A stretch of 13,853 nucleotides of DNA from Octopus sinensis (Eukaryota): assembly GCF_006345805.1 (NCBI RefSeq), contig NW_021825958.1, positions 1 to 13,853 of the forward strand, read 5' to 3'. Position 1 is the stretch's first letter; each line of letters begins with the position of its first letter. The notes beneath the pieces are model-generated. The model did no database searches. It was not told the DNA's origin and saw only the letters and a program-made list of their open reading frames with translations. Both the position numbers and the translations under genes were made by a program. Below are positions 1-9,393 of the stretch, in pieces.

Positions 1-734
1 TGTCCCTTAGAAACGTCCAGTTGTCCTCTACCCCCTGTGATACTCTCTTATCCCCTTCTACTTCGTCAAGGCTTCAAGTACATGTCTCTAAATCTCTGTC
101 CATTCACAGGATCCTTAAGCTTCCAGATCCTTCTTCCCATGTTGGTCGTCTTCTGGTTGTCCTCATACTCCTGATCCTAAAGTCACTAACTACCAGTCTA
201 TGTTGTGGGGTACATTCTTCGCCTGGGAAGGTTTTGGCATTTATAAGTAGCCATCTCTCCCTTTGCCTGGCAAGGATGTAGTCAATTTGGCTGGTATGTT
301 GGCCCGATCGGTAGGTGACTAGGTGGCTGGTAGGTTTCCTGAAGTTAGTGTTGCAAATCATAAGATTATTTGCATCGCAGAACTCCAGCAGCCTGGTCCC
401 TCCTCGTTGCGGGAACCACAGCCATAGCCTCCATGTACGCCATGGAAGCCCCCAGCATGTCGTCCAACGTGACCATTGAAGTCACCAGCCACAAAGAGAA
501 GGTCTCTGTCATTCGTCAACGAGGTAGTCTGCAGTAGAGTGTCATAGAATCGGTCTTTCTGTCCATCAGGTAGCCCCGACTGAGGAGCATAGGCTGATAT
601 AATGGTTGCTAAACTATGATGAAGCGCTAATCTAATCTTAAGTATTCTGTCGCATACTCTGATTACCTCAATTACTTTATCTACCCATTTCTCAGCGATA
701 AGTATACCCACGCCTCCAACCCCGTCAGTGTTCC
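1..734 (-). mobile_element. RTE-clade LINE relic, apurinic-like endonuclease domain (CFDP2-like), frameshifted and 5'-truncated
   Basis: ORFs 358..753 and 104..361 give NTDGVGGVGILIAEKWV...ISAYAPQ...AGDFNGHVG...GYG.G.RNEEG and CNTNFRK...TYRSG...SQIDYIL...QHRLVVSDF, the typical RTE endonuclease motif series, split by a frameshift near 390; similarity ends at 734. Confidence 0.93.
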
Positions 735-1035
735 AAAGGGCGTCTGCTTGCATGTGTGTGTGTGTGTGTGTGTAAATGTGTGTGTGCGTGCGTGCATGCA
801 GCGCACATTTGAAAATGGTGTCACAGTGTTATATGTACAAATTAGATATAAGCTTGTTACCACTTCAAATCAAAATGTCTAAAAACATATTTGTAGTGAT
901 AAAATGTTTGTGTGTGTGTGTATATATATATATATTTATTTATATATTTATAGTATATATATAATTTATTTATATATATTATATATATATATTATATATA
1001 GATATATATATAATTATATATATATATATATATCC

Positions 1036-1407
1036 CATTATATAAGGCTTAGTAAAATAAATTCCTTTGCCCACATCTGAACTATTAGCAATAGCAGCCA
1101 AAAAAAATTTTTTTTTAGCCGTTTCTACTACTTAAGACATTTCTCTCAGATAATGGTTTCCTACTCCAGACAGCTCCACAAGGTTTGGAGTAATACAGAA
1201 AATATCACAAGTAGCATAGATCGTTTTGAGTACGTCAACGTTTTTCCAGATTACCTCCAAACCTTCGTGAGCTGTCTGGATAAACATTATCTGAGAGAAA
1301 TTTTCTTTAAGTATAGAAACGGCTAAAAAAATTTTTTTTGGCTGCTATTTCTACTAAGTTCAGTATGTGGCAAAGTAATTATTTTACTAAGCCCTAATTA
1401 TATAATG
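1036..1407. mobile_element. Foldback/MITE-like element in (TA)n, ~165 bp imperfect inverted arms with ~40 bp spacer
   Basis: CATTATATAAGGCTTAGTAAAAT...GGTTTGGAGTAAT pairs with ATTACCTCCAAACC...ATTTTACTAAGCCCTAATTATATAATG; TA tracts on both sides. Confidence 0.75.
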
Positions 1408-1563
<156 letters not shown>

Positions 1564-2059
1564 CACAACACACACAACACAACTTTATCACTACAAATAT
1601 GTTTTTAGACATTTTGATTTGAAGTGGTAACAAGCTTATATCTAATTTGTACATATAACACTGTGACACCATTTTCAAATGTGCGCTGCATGCACGCACG
1701 CACACACACATTTACACACACACACACACACACATGCAAGCAGACGCCCTTTGCGTGTTTATTTAATGAGTCGTCTCTACGGATTGCCTATTCCGGATTC
1801 ATCAACGTTTATAAATATAGAGATTTCTGCACGACTTTGTTTGGTAGCAGAGGGACGATTAATTCTAGGTATTTTTTGCTGTAGTATGTAGTGTGGGTGA
1901 CGGGTGACTTAATTTGCAGCTGTTTTATATTTTTAGAAAACTTATTATTGCTCATAAACTCATCAACACACACACACACACGTGCGCCCACAGATGAATG
2001 TAAAATGGGGGAAACTAGTAAATTAAAGTTGGATGTAACAATAATACGGAAAGGCAAAT

Positions 2060-2245
2060 GGCGGTGAGCTGTCGTTACGTTCAGAGTTCAAATTCCGCCG
2101 AGGTCGACTTTGCCGTTCATCCTTTCGGGGTCGATTAAGTACCAGTTACGCACTGGGGTCGATATAATCGACTTAATCCATTTGTTTGTCCTTGTTTATC
2201 CTCTCTGTATTTAGCCCCTTGTGGGTAGTAAAGAAATAGGTATTT
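2060..2245 (+). mobile_element. tRNA-derived SINE, family A (Meta-like central domain), with 48 bp internal deletion
   Basis: GGCGG start, B-box-like GAGTTCAAAT, GTCGACTTTGCC.TTCATCCTTTCGGGGTCGAT..AGTACCAG domain; aligns to the full copy at 3600-3830. Confidence 0.88.
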
Positions 2246-2341
2246 CGTCTGCCGTTACGTTCAGAGTTCAAATTCCGCCGAGGTCCACTTTGATGTTCAT
2301 CCTTTCAGGGTCGATTAAATAAGTGTCAGTTACGCACTGGT
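2240..2341 (+). mobile_element. Partial tandem second copy of SINE family A
   Basis: GTATTTCGTCTGCCGTTACGTTCAGAGTTCAAATTCCGCCGAGG...CAGTTACGCACTGG repeats the internal part of the preceding SINE. Confidence 0.88.
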
Positions 2342-2931
2342 ATGATCGATGTGTTTTATTGTGTACAGAAGAATATATTACTGAAAGAAATTCCAGCTTT
2401 GATTTCCACGTTTTATTTAGAATCTTAATATAATATAAGATAATATAATGAAATGATAGAATATTAACTGTCCGTTCTGATTGAACTAGTACTTTCATGC
2501 ATTATACTACGCAATCCTCAGGTTCATGTAGTAATTCTGACAGTTATGTTTCACAATTTACAACTGTAGTGAGATGGCTAAACTGTGTGCCTTAAATACA
2601 TTTGTGTAGGCTGCAGAATGTTAAGTTTTGCAAACTGTAATTGCTTTCGAGGTGTACATCTATAACGACATTTACTCGGCTCGGAAATAAATTTGACTTG
2701 GGTCTTCCTATTGCACGTCATCTCGGGTAAAAATTTCTGGCTCAGAAACATCAAAATTCGATCACGTGGGACCATATGATTTTTCGTTAATTTCCGGATT
2801 TTTTATTTATTTATTTACTTTTCGCACGCCGTGTTCAGCTCTATGAATTTTGTAATCAGTCACAGAAGCATACAAACACACACGTACACCCATTATCTTT
2901 CATATACACGTACATGTATAAATGCACGTTC

Positions 2932-3320
2932 TTTTATTTGTTTCGATCCCTTTGACTGCGGCCATGCTGGAGCACCACCTTTAGTCGAACAAATCAACCC
3001 CAGGACTTATTCTTTGTAAGCCTAGTACTTAGCCTATCGGTCTTTTTTGCCGAACCACTATGCTACGGAGACGTAAACACACCAGCATCGGTTGTTAAGT
3101 GATTGTGGGGGTGGGGACAAACACAGACACACACACACACACAGATATATATATACGATGGGTTTCTTTGAGTTTCCACTTACCAAATCCATTCACAAAG
3201 CCTTGGTCGGCTCAAGGCTATAGTAGGAGACACTTGCCCAATGTGCCACGCAGTGGAACTGAACCCAGAACCATGTGGTTGGTAAGCAAGCTACTTACCA
3301 CATATCCAATCCATTGCGCG
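2932..3320 (-). mobile_element. Near full-length tRNA-derived SINE, family B (CORE-like, resembling octopus OR-type SINEs)
   Basis: The minus strand has an A-box-like ..TGTGGTAAG, B box GGTTCAGTTCC, TGGCAC.TTGGGCAAGTGTC (CORE-like), an internal (TG)n and the tail GGTGCTCCAGCATGGCCGCAGTCAAA; aligns with 5454-5651 plus 7111-7301. Confidence 0.9.
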
Positions 3321-3411
3321 TATAACCACACACGTATACGTATACATATACACATGTGTATGTGTGTGCAATTTCTCATGTTTCCGAGTCGAACAATGCC
3401 ATGTTAATGAA

Positions 3412-3582
3412 ATTAGCAGACGGAAACTGTACAGAAGCCCATCATATGCATATAGGTACATGCGTGTATGTGTTTGTGTGATTGTTTCTACCGCCGCTTA
3501 GCTACCGGTGTCTGTTGTTAACGTGCCCTTAAACTGGAGGTTTCGCAAAAAAGGACGAATGGATTAAGTACTTGATTAAAAA
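3412..3582 (+). mobile_element. Older internal fragment of SINE family B
   Basis: AGACGGAAACTGTACAGAAGCCC...(TG)n...GGTTTCGCAAAAAAGGACG...TAAGTAC matches the middle of family B with many substitutions. Confidence 0.7.
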
Positions 3583-3599
3583 TGAAATAAAATAAAATG

Positions 3600-3830
3600 T
3601 ATTTATTTACTGCCCACAAATGGCTAAACATAGAGGGGACAAACAAGGACAGACAAAGGGATTAAGTCGATTACATCGACCCCAGTGGGAGACTGGTACT
3701 TTATTTATCGACCCAGAAAGGATGACAGGCAAAGTCGACCTCGGCGGAATTTGAACTCAGAACGTAACGACAGACGAAATACGGCTACGCATTTCGCCCG
3801 GCGTGCTAACGTTTCTGCCAGCTCGCCGCC
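3600..3830 (-). mobile_element. Full-length SINE family A
   Basis: Minus strand GGCGGCGAGCTGGCAGAAACGTTAGCAC...GAGTTCAAATTCCGCCGAGGTCGACTTTGCC...GTGGGCAGTAAATAAATA; homologous to 2060-2245. Confidence 0.92.
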
Positions 3831-3857
3831 TTTAAGTAAAGTAAAATAAAAACCGTA

Positions 3858-4229
3858 AACTCGCTCTAAGATTTATTATTGCTTGATTACTCCTTTTCGA
3901 TATCAGTGTCTTTACGATACTGGAAAAGGGATAAGTGTTTGTGAAGGGAACCGACTTCTCATCGACAACTGTGATTGTCACACGCCGATGACGGATCAAT
4001 ACTCAGAAACTCGAGTCCGTGTGTATCATAAGTTGAAGACGGGAAGGATGGCTTCCCTTTGCAAACACTGATAGGGCACAGAAAGTGTGCCTAAAGCCAG
4101 CTGGAGGAGGTGTCCTCTTGGGGCTACAAACTACAGTAGCATCCACCCTTAGGGGTTAGCCATATTTAAATTGCAAATATACGTCACAATGTGTTGCAGC
4201 TACTGTTTATAACTCGCTCTAAGATTTAT
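3858..4229 (+). mobile_element. Penelope-like pLTR/retrozyme-like unit bounded by a 19 bp direct repeat
   Basis: AACTCGCTCTAAGATTTAT occurs at 3858-3876 and 4211-4229; the interior has a hammerhead-like motif and hairpins (~3891-3930, 4075-4091). Confidence 0.62.
3979..4023 (+). ncRNA. Minimal type I hammerhead ribozyme-like motif (CCGAUGA core variant)
   Basis: Stem I CACACG(3979-84)/CGTGTG(4018-23); core CCGATGA (3985-91); GAAA (4006-09); palindromic CTCGAG; GTC site with predicted cut after 4017. Stem II is poorly paired. Confidence 0.62.
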
Positions 4230-4280
4230 AATCGTAATTGTTTAGTTTAGTGATAAAAAAAAAAATTAAGGGTTTACTTT

Positions 4281-4466
4281 TTATACTGTATAAAGACTGG
4301 CGAAAGCCGCTAGAAAATGGGCAAATATTTTATTTTTCTCAATGGAATTACGCCAGAGAAACTCATGCAAATATGAAACAAACCATTCATCCGATGTCTC
4401 AAACTGTCGTCTCAGCTTCCGTTTCACCTGCATCCACATATTTTCCACATCTTGATCATGAGAATC
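4281..4466 (-). pseudogene. Merlin (IS1595/ISXO2-like DDE) transposase C-terminal relic
   Basis: Manual translation: DSHDQDVENMWMQVKRKLRRQFETSDEWFVSYLHEFLWRNSIEKNKIFAHFLAAFASLYTV*, fitting the Merlin pattern HxQxxExxW..K......YL.EF.WR. Not in the ORF track. Confidence 0.82.
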
Positions 4467-4593
4467 GATTGCAAGGAATGACCAAACATCTTTGACTTAC
4501 TTAGGTTCTTCAGTTATGTCCTTTTGCTTCTATTACTACTTATCTCCCCTTTAATTTTAATTTACTTTTTTTTCATGTCACTAAACTGAACAA

Positions 4594-4978
4594 TCTTTAT
4601 ATATAAAAGTGAAGTTGTGTGAGTGTCTGTCTCCTACGATTTAGATTCCTAACTCCTCCCACATTTTGCGATGCAGTTTAACCAAAGCGGGTATCTTATA
4701 GTCGTGATTCATATCGAGCCCTTTGGGTATTAGCGCGCGTCTACGATGAGTCTACATTAAAGAAAAAATTACCATCAATTTTCCCATTTTTAATGCACTT
4801 TGGCATATATAAGGGAAGTAACTCTCTAAAAATTTATTATAAATCTCAGAACGTAAAAAGCTACAGTAACACCCCGCTTTGTGGTAACCATATTGGAGAT
4901 GGCTATATACTTTACATCTCTAAAATGCTTATATAGTTATTTCCCTTACAACCCGGCAACGCCGGGCGATACTGCTAG
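4594..4978 (+). mobile_element. Non-autonomous Helitron (385 bp)
   Basis: 5' TCTTTATATATAAAAG after a host A; subterminal hairpin CCCGGC-AAC-GCCGGG (4952-4966); 3' CTAG followed by a host T; no TSD. Confidence 0.88.
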
Positions 4979-4989
4979 TTACTAATAAA

Positions 4990-5070
4990 AACTAATACTA
5001 GGGTCCATTTGTTCTAATAAAATGCTGAAGGTGTTGATACAGCACCGCCGCGGTCCTATAACTGAAAGGA
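4990..5070 (+). mobile_element. Degenerate 3' tail of SINE family B
   Basis: TACTAGGGTCCATTTGTTC...AAGGTGTTGATACAGCACCGCCGCGGTCCTATAACTGAAA resembles 7234-7300. Confidence 0.45.
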
Positions 5071-5123
5071 ATGAAGTCGACTTTTATCCGACAGTCTCAA
5101 TATCAGATATGTGCTTTATCATA

Positions 5124-5402
5124 TGTGGTGTGTGCGCGATTCGAATATAAAGGCACCTACCCTCTCTTCGTTCCGATGGAGACCCTTCAGTGGTAACGGA
5201 TCCTTCGACACAGCCCCGACCCGAACACTAAAGATAGCAGCTGCTTCACCCAACCTTAGCGACATCTTCCCACGTCTTGACACGTCGACGACTCTGGTTC
5301 GAAAGGCCGAAATCCCCGCTCGCTGCGCGCGCCTGCCGGCTGACCCCTTTCGGTCAGCCCCAACTTCCGGTCAACTCACCCAGCTGCTGATGTCATCCCA
5401 CA
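5124..5402. mobile_element. Solo LTR (279 bp)
   Basis: TGTGG...CCACA termini; flanks TCATA/TTATA (5 bp TSD, one mismatch); end-to-end homologous, in inverted orientation, to 5652-5915. Confidence 0.85.
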
Positions 5403-5453
5403 TTATATTCTAAATTTACTTAGCCATAATATCAGTAAGTTATCTATACGGTA

Positions 5454-5651
5454 GGCGCAGGGGTGGCTGTGTGGTAAGTAGCTTGCTCACCAACATGGTT
5501 CTGGGTTCAGTCCCACTGCGTTGCACTTTGGGTAAGTGTCTTCTACTATAGCCTCGGGCCGACCAAAGCCTTGTGAGTGGATTTGGTAGATGGAAACTGA
5601 AAGAAGCCCGTCGTATATATATGTTTGTGTCTGTGTTTGCCCCCCCCCCCC
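5454..5651 (+). mobile_element. SINE family B, 5' half (interrupted)
   Basis: GGCGCAGGGGTGGCTGTGTGGTAAG, B box GGTTCAGTCCC and the CORE-like block; stops at a poly-C run. Confidence 0.92.
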
Positions 5652-5915
5652 GTGGGATGACGTTAGCAGCTGGGGAGCTGATCGGAAGAGGAAGGGCGCA
5701 GCAGTGACGCGCGCGCAGGCAGGGGACGATTAGGCCTTTTCAATCGGGGAAGCCGACAGTGCTGGACGTGTGAGCGCTTCGACAAGGTAAGTGAAAGCAG
5801 CTACTATTTTTAGCGTTCGGGTCGGGCCACGCGGAAGGGTGCGTTAGCACCGGGGAGGACTGCGTCGACGAAGAGAAGGTAAGTATCTTACTTCCAATCT
5901 CCCGCAAACACCACA
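5652..5915. mobile_element. LTR related to 5124-5402
   Basis: GTGGGATGACGTTAGCAGCTGGG...GCAGCTACTATTTTTAGCGTTCGGGTCGGG...CACCACA aligns to the reverse complement of the solo LTR. Confidence 0.82.
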
Positions 5916-7107
5916 AGCTATTTCGGCGACATTGATGTGGTTAAAGTTGTCTGCTTTCCGAAGCCAGGCCGCGTCCTCCACCTCAGCGCCTTCGATCTCC
6001 AACAAAACCCCTATCGCTATACTGCTAGCTTCACACCAGACGGTCCCGCATTCCATCATGGGCACATACCAGTTCCCCCTGACCGGTTCCTCCGCTCTCG
6101 TCCTCTCTAGGATTTCCCGCATCATCGCCGCCGTACCTTCTCCCACCTTGTCGCCCCAACTCTCCCCCTCCGCTCGTCTCTTGGTGTAACTGCACGCCGT
6201 GCGCAGCCATCCAGCGATCGGGTAGTGACCGACCAACTTCCCACACACCGAGAACAGCTTTCGGATCTTTTCGGTTTGAACGGCAGTTTTTAACATAATT
6301 TCTAGGTAACTAAACACTTTTAAACTTCGTTGGTAGAATGTGTTTATAAAACATCTTTTTCTCTTGGCTTTATTGAGAAAATTCTGTAGTTTGTAAGATA
6401 TTTGTTGTTTTTTTTCTTCAATTTCTGCAATTTCAACCAATCAGTGACGTCTATTGAGTTAAAAAGCATTCTGTGCCGTATGAATATGTCCCTCGTTTAA
6501 GAAACAGATTGGGTTTATTTACATTTGTGAACAAAAAAAGATACCTTCCTAACTAACCCTAATACATATTGAAATGCAATAGATCGATACTAGGGTCATA
6601 ATTATGGGTGGCAATTTCACATGACACCGCTAGAAAAAACTGCTGTTCAAACCGAAAAGATCCCAGCTCTCTCCTGCTGACGCTGGAACTCAGCACTGGG
6701 ATTTCATTTCCTCTCTGAAACACCAATTCACCCGATCTATCTCTTCGCAGCTTCAGCCCCAGTATAGCTCTCTCCCCGCCATCGACTCTGGTGGCTTCGT
6801 AATCAGCCCGAACTTCTCCAGATGTCTCAATACCTCGTTGGCTGGCGTTACAGTTTCGTCCACCAAAATATCGTCTATGTAGGAACTGGTGGCCTTTCTT
6901 ATCCTGTCCTCTTTCCCTAGGACGGACTTAAGCACCGTCGCCGATGATCTTCGGAGCGGAATTCAGTCCGAAACCCAAACTGGTTAAACAGTACGTCTGA
7001 CCCTTGTACCGCACCAGCTGATATCGCCACAGTTTGTCGCTCACGTGGAGCTGCAAGTATGCCGATTTCAAGTCGACAATCGTCGCTGCCTTAGTCGACT
7101 GTCTCCA
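5916..7107 (-). pseudogene. LTR retrotransposon pol relic (RT + RNase H), probably Ty3/Gypsy-like; frameshifted and interrupted by a MITE
   Basis: IVDLKSAYLQ...YCLTSLGFGLNSAP, SYIDDILV, then SRRELFSVCGKLVGHYP (restored by removing 6263-6663), WCEASS...HINVAE. No integrase is seen. Confidence 0.9.
6263..6663. mobile_element. MITE with 29 bp TIRs and 8 bp TSD (Merlin-like candidate)
   Basis: GGATCTTTTCGGTTTGAACGGCAGTTTTT / AAAAACTGCTGTTCAAACCGAAAAGATCC; TSD CAGCTTTC / CAGCTCTC; excision restores the pol frame. Confidence 0.92.
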
Positions 7108-7110
7108 CAC

Positions 7111-7301
7111 ATGTAGGTGTGTTTACGTACCCGTCACTTAGCGGTTCAGCAAAAAAATACCAGCACATAGCAAAGATCCACCACAACAAAGATAGAATAA
7201 GGATAGAATAAGTACTAGGCTTACAAAGAATAAGTCCTGGGGTCGATTTGTTCAGCTAAAGGCGGTGCTCCAGCATGGCCACAGTCAAATGACTGAAACA
7301 A
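7111..7301 (+). mobile_element. SINE family B, 3' half (continuation of 5454-5651)
   Basis: GGTGTGTTTACGT...AAGTACTAGGCTTACAAAGAATAAGTCCTGGGGTCGATTTG...GGTGCTCCAGCATGGCCACAGTCAAATGACTGAAAC. Confidence 0.9.
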
Positions 7302-7580
7302 CGGAATGTATTACATCAAAAATATTCGTTTCGGTAATTCAGAAAAGGCGAGTTAGGTTTTTATACTCTCCCTCCCTGTTACTCCACTTTTATCAACAGT
7401 AGCGGTTTAAAAATATTTTGGCTGCTTCCCACAGTTTCTAGGTTAGTGCAGCTGAAATAAATAAACGTTATCTAAACCGTATTTATTTAATGTTATTCCA
7501 CCCAGCAAAAAGTAAGAAAAACTAGTAAATCTCCGCATTTGGCAGCAGAAAGACATCAGTAAGAAGCGACAGATTAAACG

Positions 7581-7909
7581 GTTAAGGAGTTGATTCTGTT
7601 AGACTAATGTGTCAAAGTAGCTGGTTTCTAAGACAAGAGTTATTCTTTAGCCAGACAAACACTGGGCATAAATAACCAAGCCTCGCGTTTTACCAAGACT
7701 AAAGGTAATATTATTTTATAGTATTATGAACAATAGTAATCGTCGTCGTCGTCGGTACTACTTGAGAACAGTGGTCCCGGGTCGCGCACGTGCGTACTCG
7801 CGCATCCGCGCCAGCTAGTCATGACTGGCCGATCCTTACTTTGTGTTTTTGTTATTTACTTTGTGTTTTAAAAAAAAAGGATCTACTTTATTTACTTTGC
7901 TAGGTAGTC
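7581..7909 (+). repeat. Segment A, near-identical to 13141-13468
   Basis: GTTAAGGAGTTGATTCTG...TAGGTAGTC is present twice; I see only one substitution and one A-run length difference. Confidence 0.95.
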
Positions 7910-7978
7910 GTTGTAGGATCGACTAGTCACGCGGATGCGCAACTGCGCGCACCGGGACCACTGTTCGCTAGTAGTACC
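7754..7978. mobile_element. MITE with GGTAC termini and 9 bp TSD (Merlin- or Mutator-type)
   Basis: GGTACTACT..GAACAGTGGTCCCGG / CCGGGACCACTGTTC..AGTAGTACC; flanked by GTCGTCGTC on both sides (within a GTC repeat). Confidence 0.85.
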
Positions 7979-8027
7979 GTCGTCGTCATCGTCATCATCA
8001 TCGTCATTATCATAATAATAATAATTC

Positions 8028-8161
8028 GGTACTTGTCTATTGTAGTGGTCCCGGTTTCGGACACGCGAATTCGCGCGCGCGCAAGACGCAGATACTCGAT
8101 ACTCGAGATCCTACGAGGTGACTTGCGCATGCGCAGTGCAGAATTCGCGCATGCGCGTTAA
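8028..8161 (+). repeat. Segment B: left end of a related GGTAC MITE, CpG-rich; duplicated at 13012-13145
   Basis: GGTACTTGTCTATTGTAGTGGTCCCGG...GCGCATGCGCGTTAA occurs twice with a few differences. Confidence 0.88.
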
Positions 8162-8554
8162 CCCCCCCCTAAAAAAAAGGATCTTTTTTTAGATACCTTT
8201 CTGCTTTTTAAGACAAAAAGGTGTTGGATTTCGCTAAAAATATATATGTGTGTGTGTGTGTGTGTATATATAACATTTTCAATTTTACACAAAAAAATTA
8301 CATAGTCGCTTTCCTCGCGGATTTACAGATAAATGAATTAATTACTATTTTACAAAATAAAATTAATGAATTAATTATATAATTAAATAATTCTTGAAAA
8401 TTAATTAATATTAATTAATATTTTTTGAACAAAGTAAATAATTATAAAACTTGGTTAATAATTTTTTTTACACAAACGCGAACGTATATAATTTGTGAAA
8501 CTTTTTTTTTTTACAGACGTATATAATTTGGTAAACTTAATGAATTAATTCTTC

Positions 8555-8973
8555 TCATCATCATCATCGTTTAACGTCCGTTCTCCATGCTAGCATGGGT
8601 TGGACGGTTCGACCGGGGATCTGGGAAGCCAGAAGGCTGCACCAGACTCCAGTCTTATCTGGCAATGTTTCTACAGCTGGATGCCCTTCCTAACGCCAAC
8701 CACTCCGAGAGTGTAGTGGGTGCTTTTTACATGCCACCCGCACAGGTGCCAGGCGAGGCTGGCAACGGCCACGGTCGGATTGGTGCCAGTCGAGGCGGCT
8801 CTGGCATCGGCCACGATTCGGATAGTGCTTTTTACGTACCACCAGTCCAGGGGTCCTGGCATCTGCCGGGTGCCACACTTGCCCCAACATGTCTTCGCAA
8901 GCAAAGGGGGTTGGCATGGGTGCCTGTCGTGGGATGAGGTTCGATATCAACTTCGCTTGCCTCAACAGGTCTT
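8555..8973 (-). mobile_element. RTE-type 3' UTR/tail (5'-truncated RTE or RTE-dependent SINE)
   Basis: Minus strand GGTTGGCGTTAGGAAGGGCATCCAGCTGTAGAAAC...GGACGTTAAACGATGATGATGATGA with a (GAT)n tail; internal imperfect tandem repeats at ~8720-8850. Confidence 0.78.
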
Positions 8974-9095
8974 TGTGTATAAATGTATAAATTTTTCGCA
9001 CTAAATTCTTTCCGTAGAATTTATCAAAATTTAAGACCGCGACCTGTTCACTGACAAAACCTTGTGCTGCATCTGAGAAAGTAACAATTAGTTCG

Positions 9096-9334
9096 TTATA
9101 TATATGTACGTATGTATGTGTGTATGTATGTATGCACGCATGTATGTATGCATGCATGTATATATGTATGTACGTACGTACGCCTGTGTGTATGTATGTG
9201 TGTATATATATATATACATATATACACACACACATATATACACACATACATAAACTTAAATGTTGAAGTGAATCGAACGGCTTTTGTGTGTTTCTTAAAT
9301 GGCTTACAAACACCTTCCACGCTGCAATTGTGTG

Positions 9335-9392
<58 letters not shown>
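9096..9392. repeat. Compound (TATG)n/(TA)n/(CA)n microsatellite
   Basis: Directly visible; short unique spacer at ~9252-9328. Confidence 0.93.

Positions 9393-9393
<1 letters not shown>

Noticed and set aside
2576-2839. Possible old MITE with weak terminal inverted similarity
   Set aside because: Match too short and degenerate; no TSD.
3750-3830. tRNA genes here and at 5454-5520
   Set aside because: A/B-box-like motifs belong to SINE heads; no cloverleaf, and they continue into SINE bodies.
4064-4113. Second hammerhead (CTGATAG-GGCACA/TGTGCC-TAAA)
   Set aside because: Good hairpin, but the core deviates at both CUGANGA and GAAA and there is no convincing stem I or cleavage triplet; revisit with a family consensus.
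4494-4530. Host exon ending in a minus-strand GTAAGT donor
   Set aside because: No acceptor or polypyrimidine tract, and it abuts a transposase relic.
5844-6440. 198 aa ORF as an intact protein
   Set aside because: Chimeric: N-terminus from the MITE, middle from RT-connection/RNase H, C-terminus from the LTR.
8158-8170. piggyBac end (TTAA-CCC)
   Set aside because: No matching GGG-TTAA terminus with an inverted repeat was found.
8587-9313. 116-207 aa ORFs
   Set aside because: They run through an RTE-type UTR and microsatellite; no protein motif.
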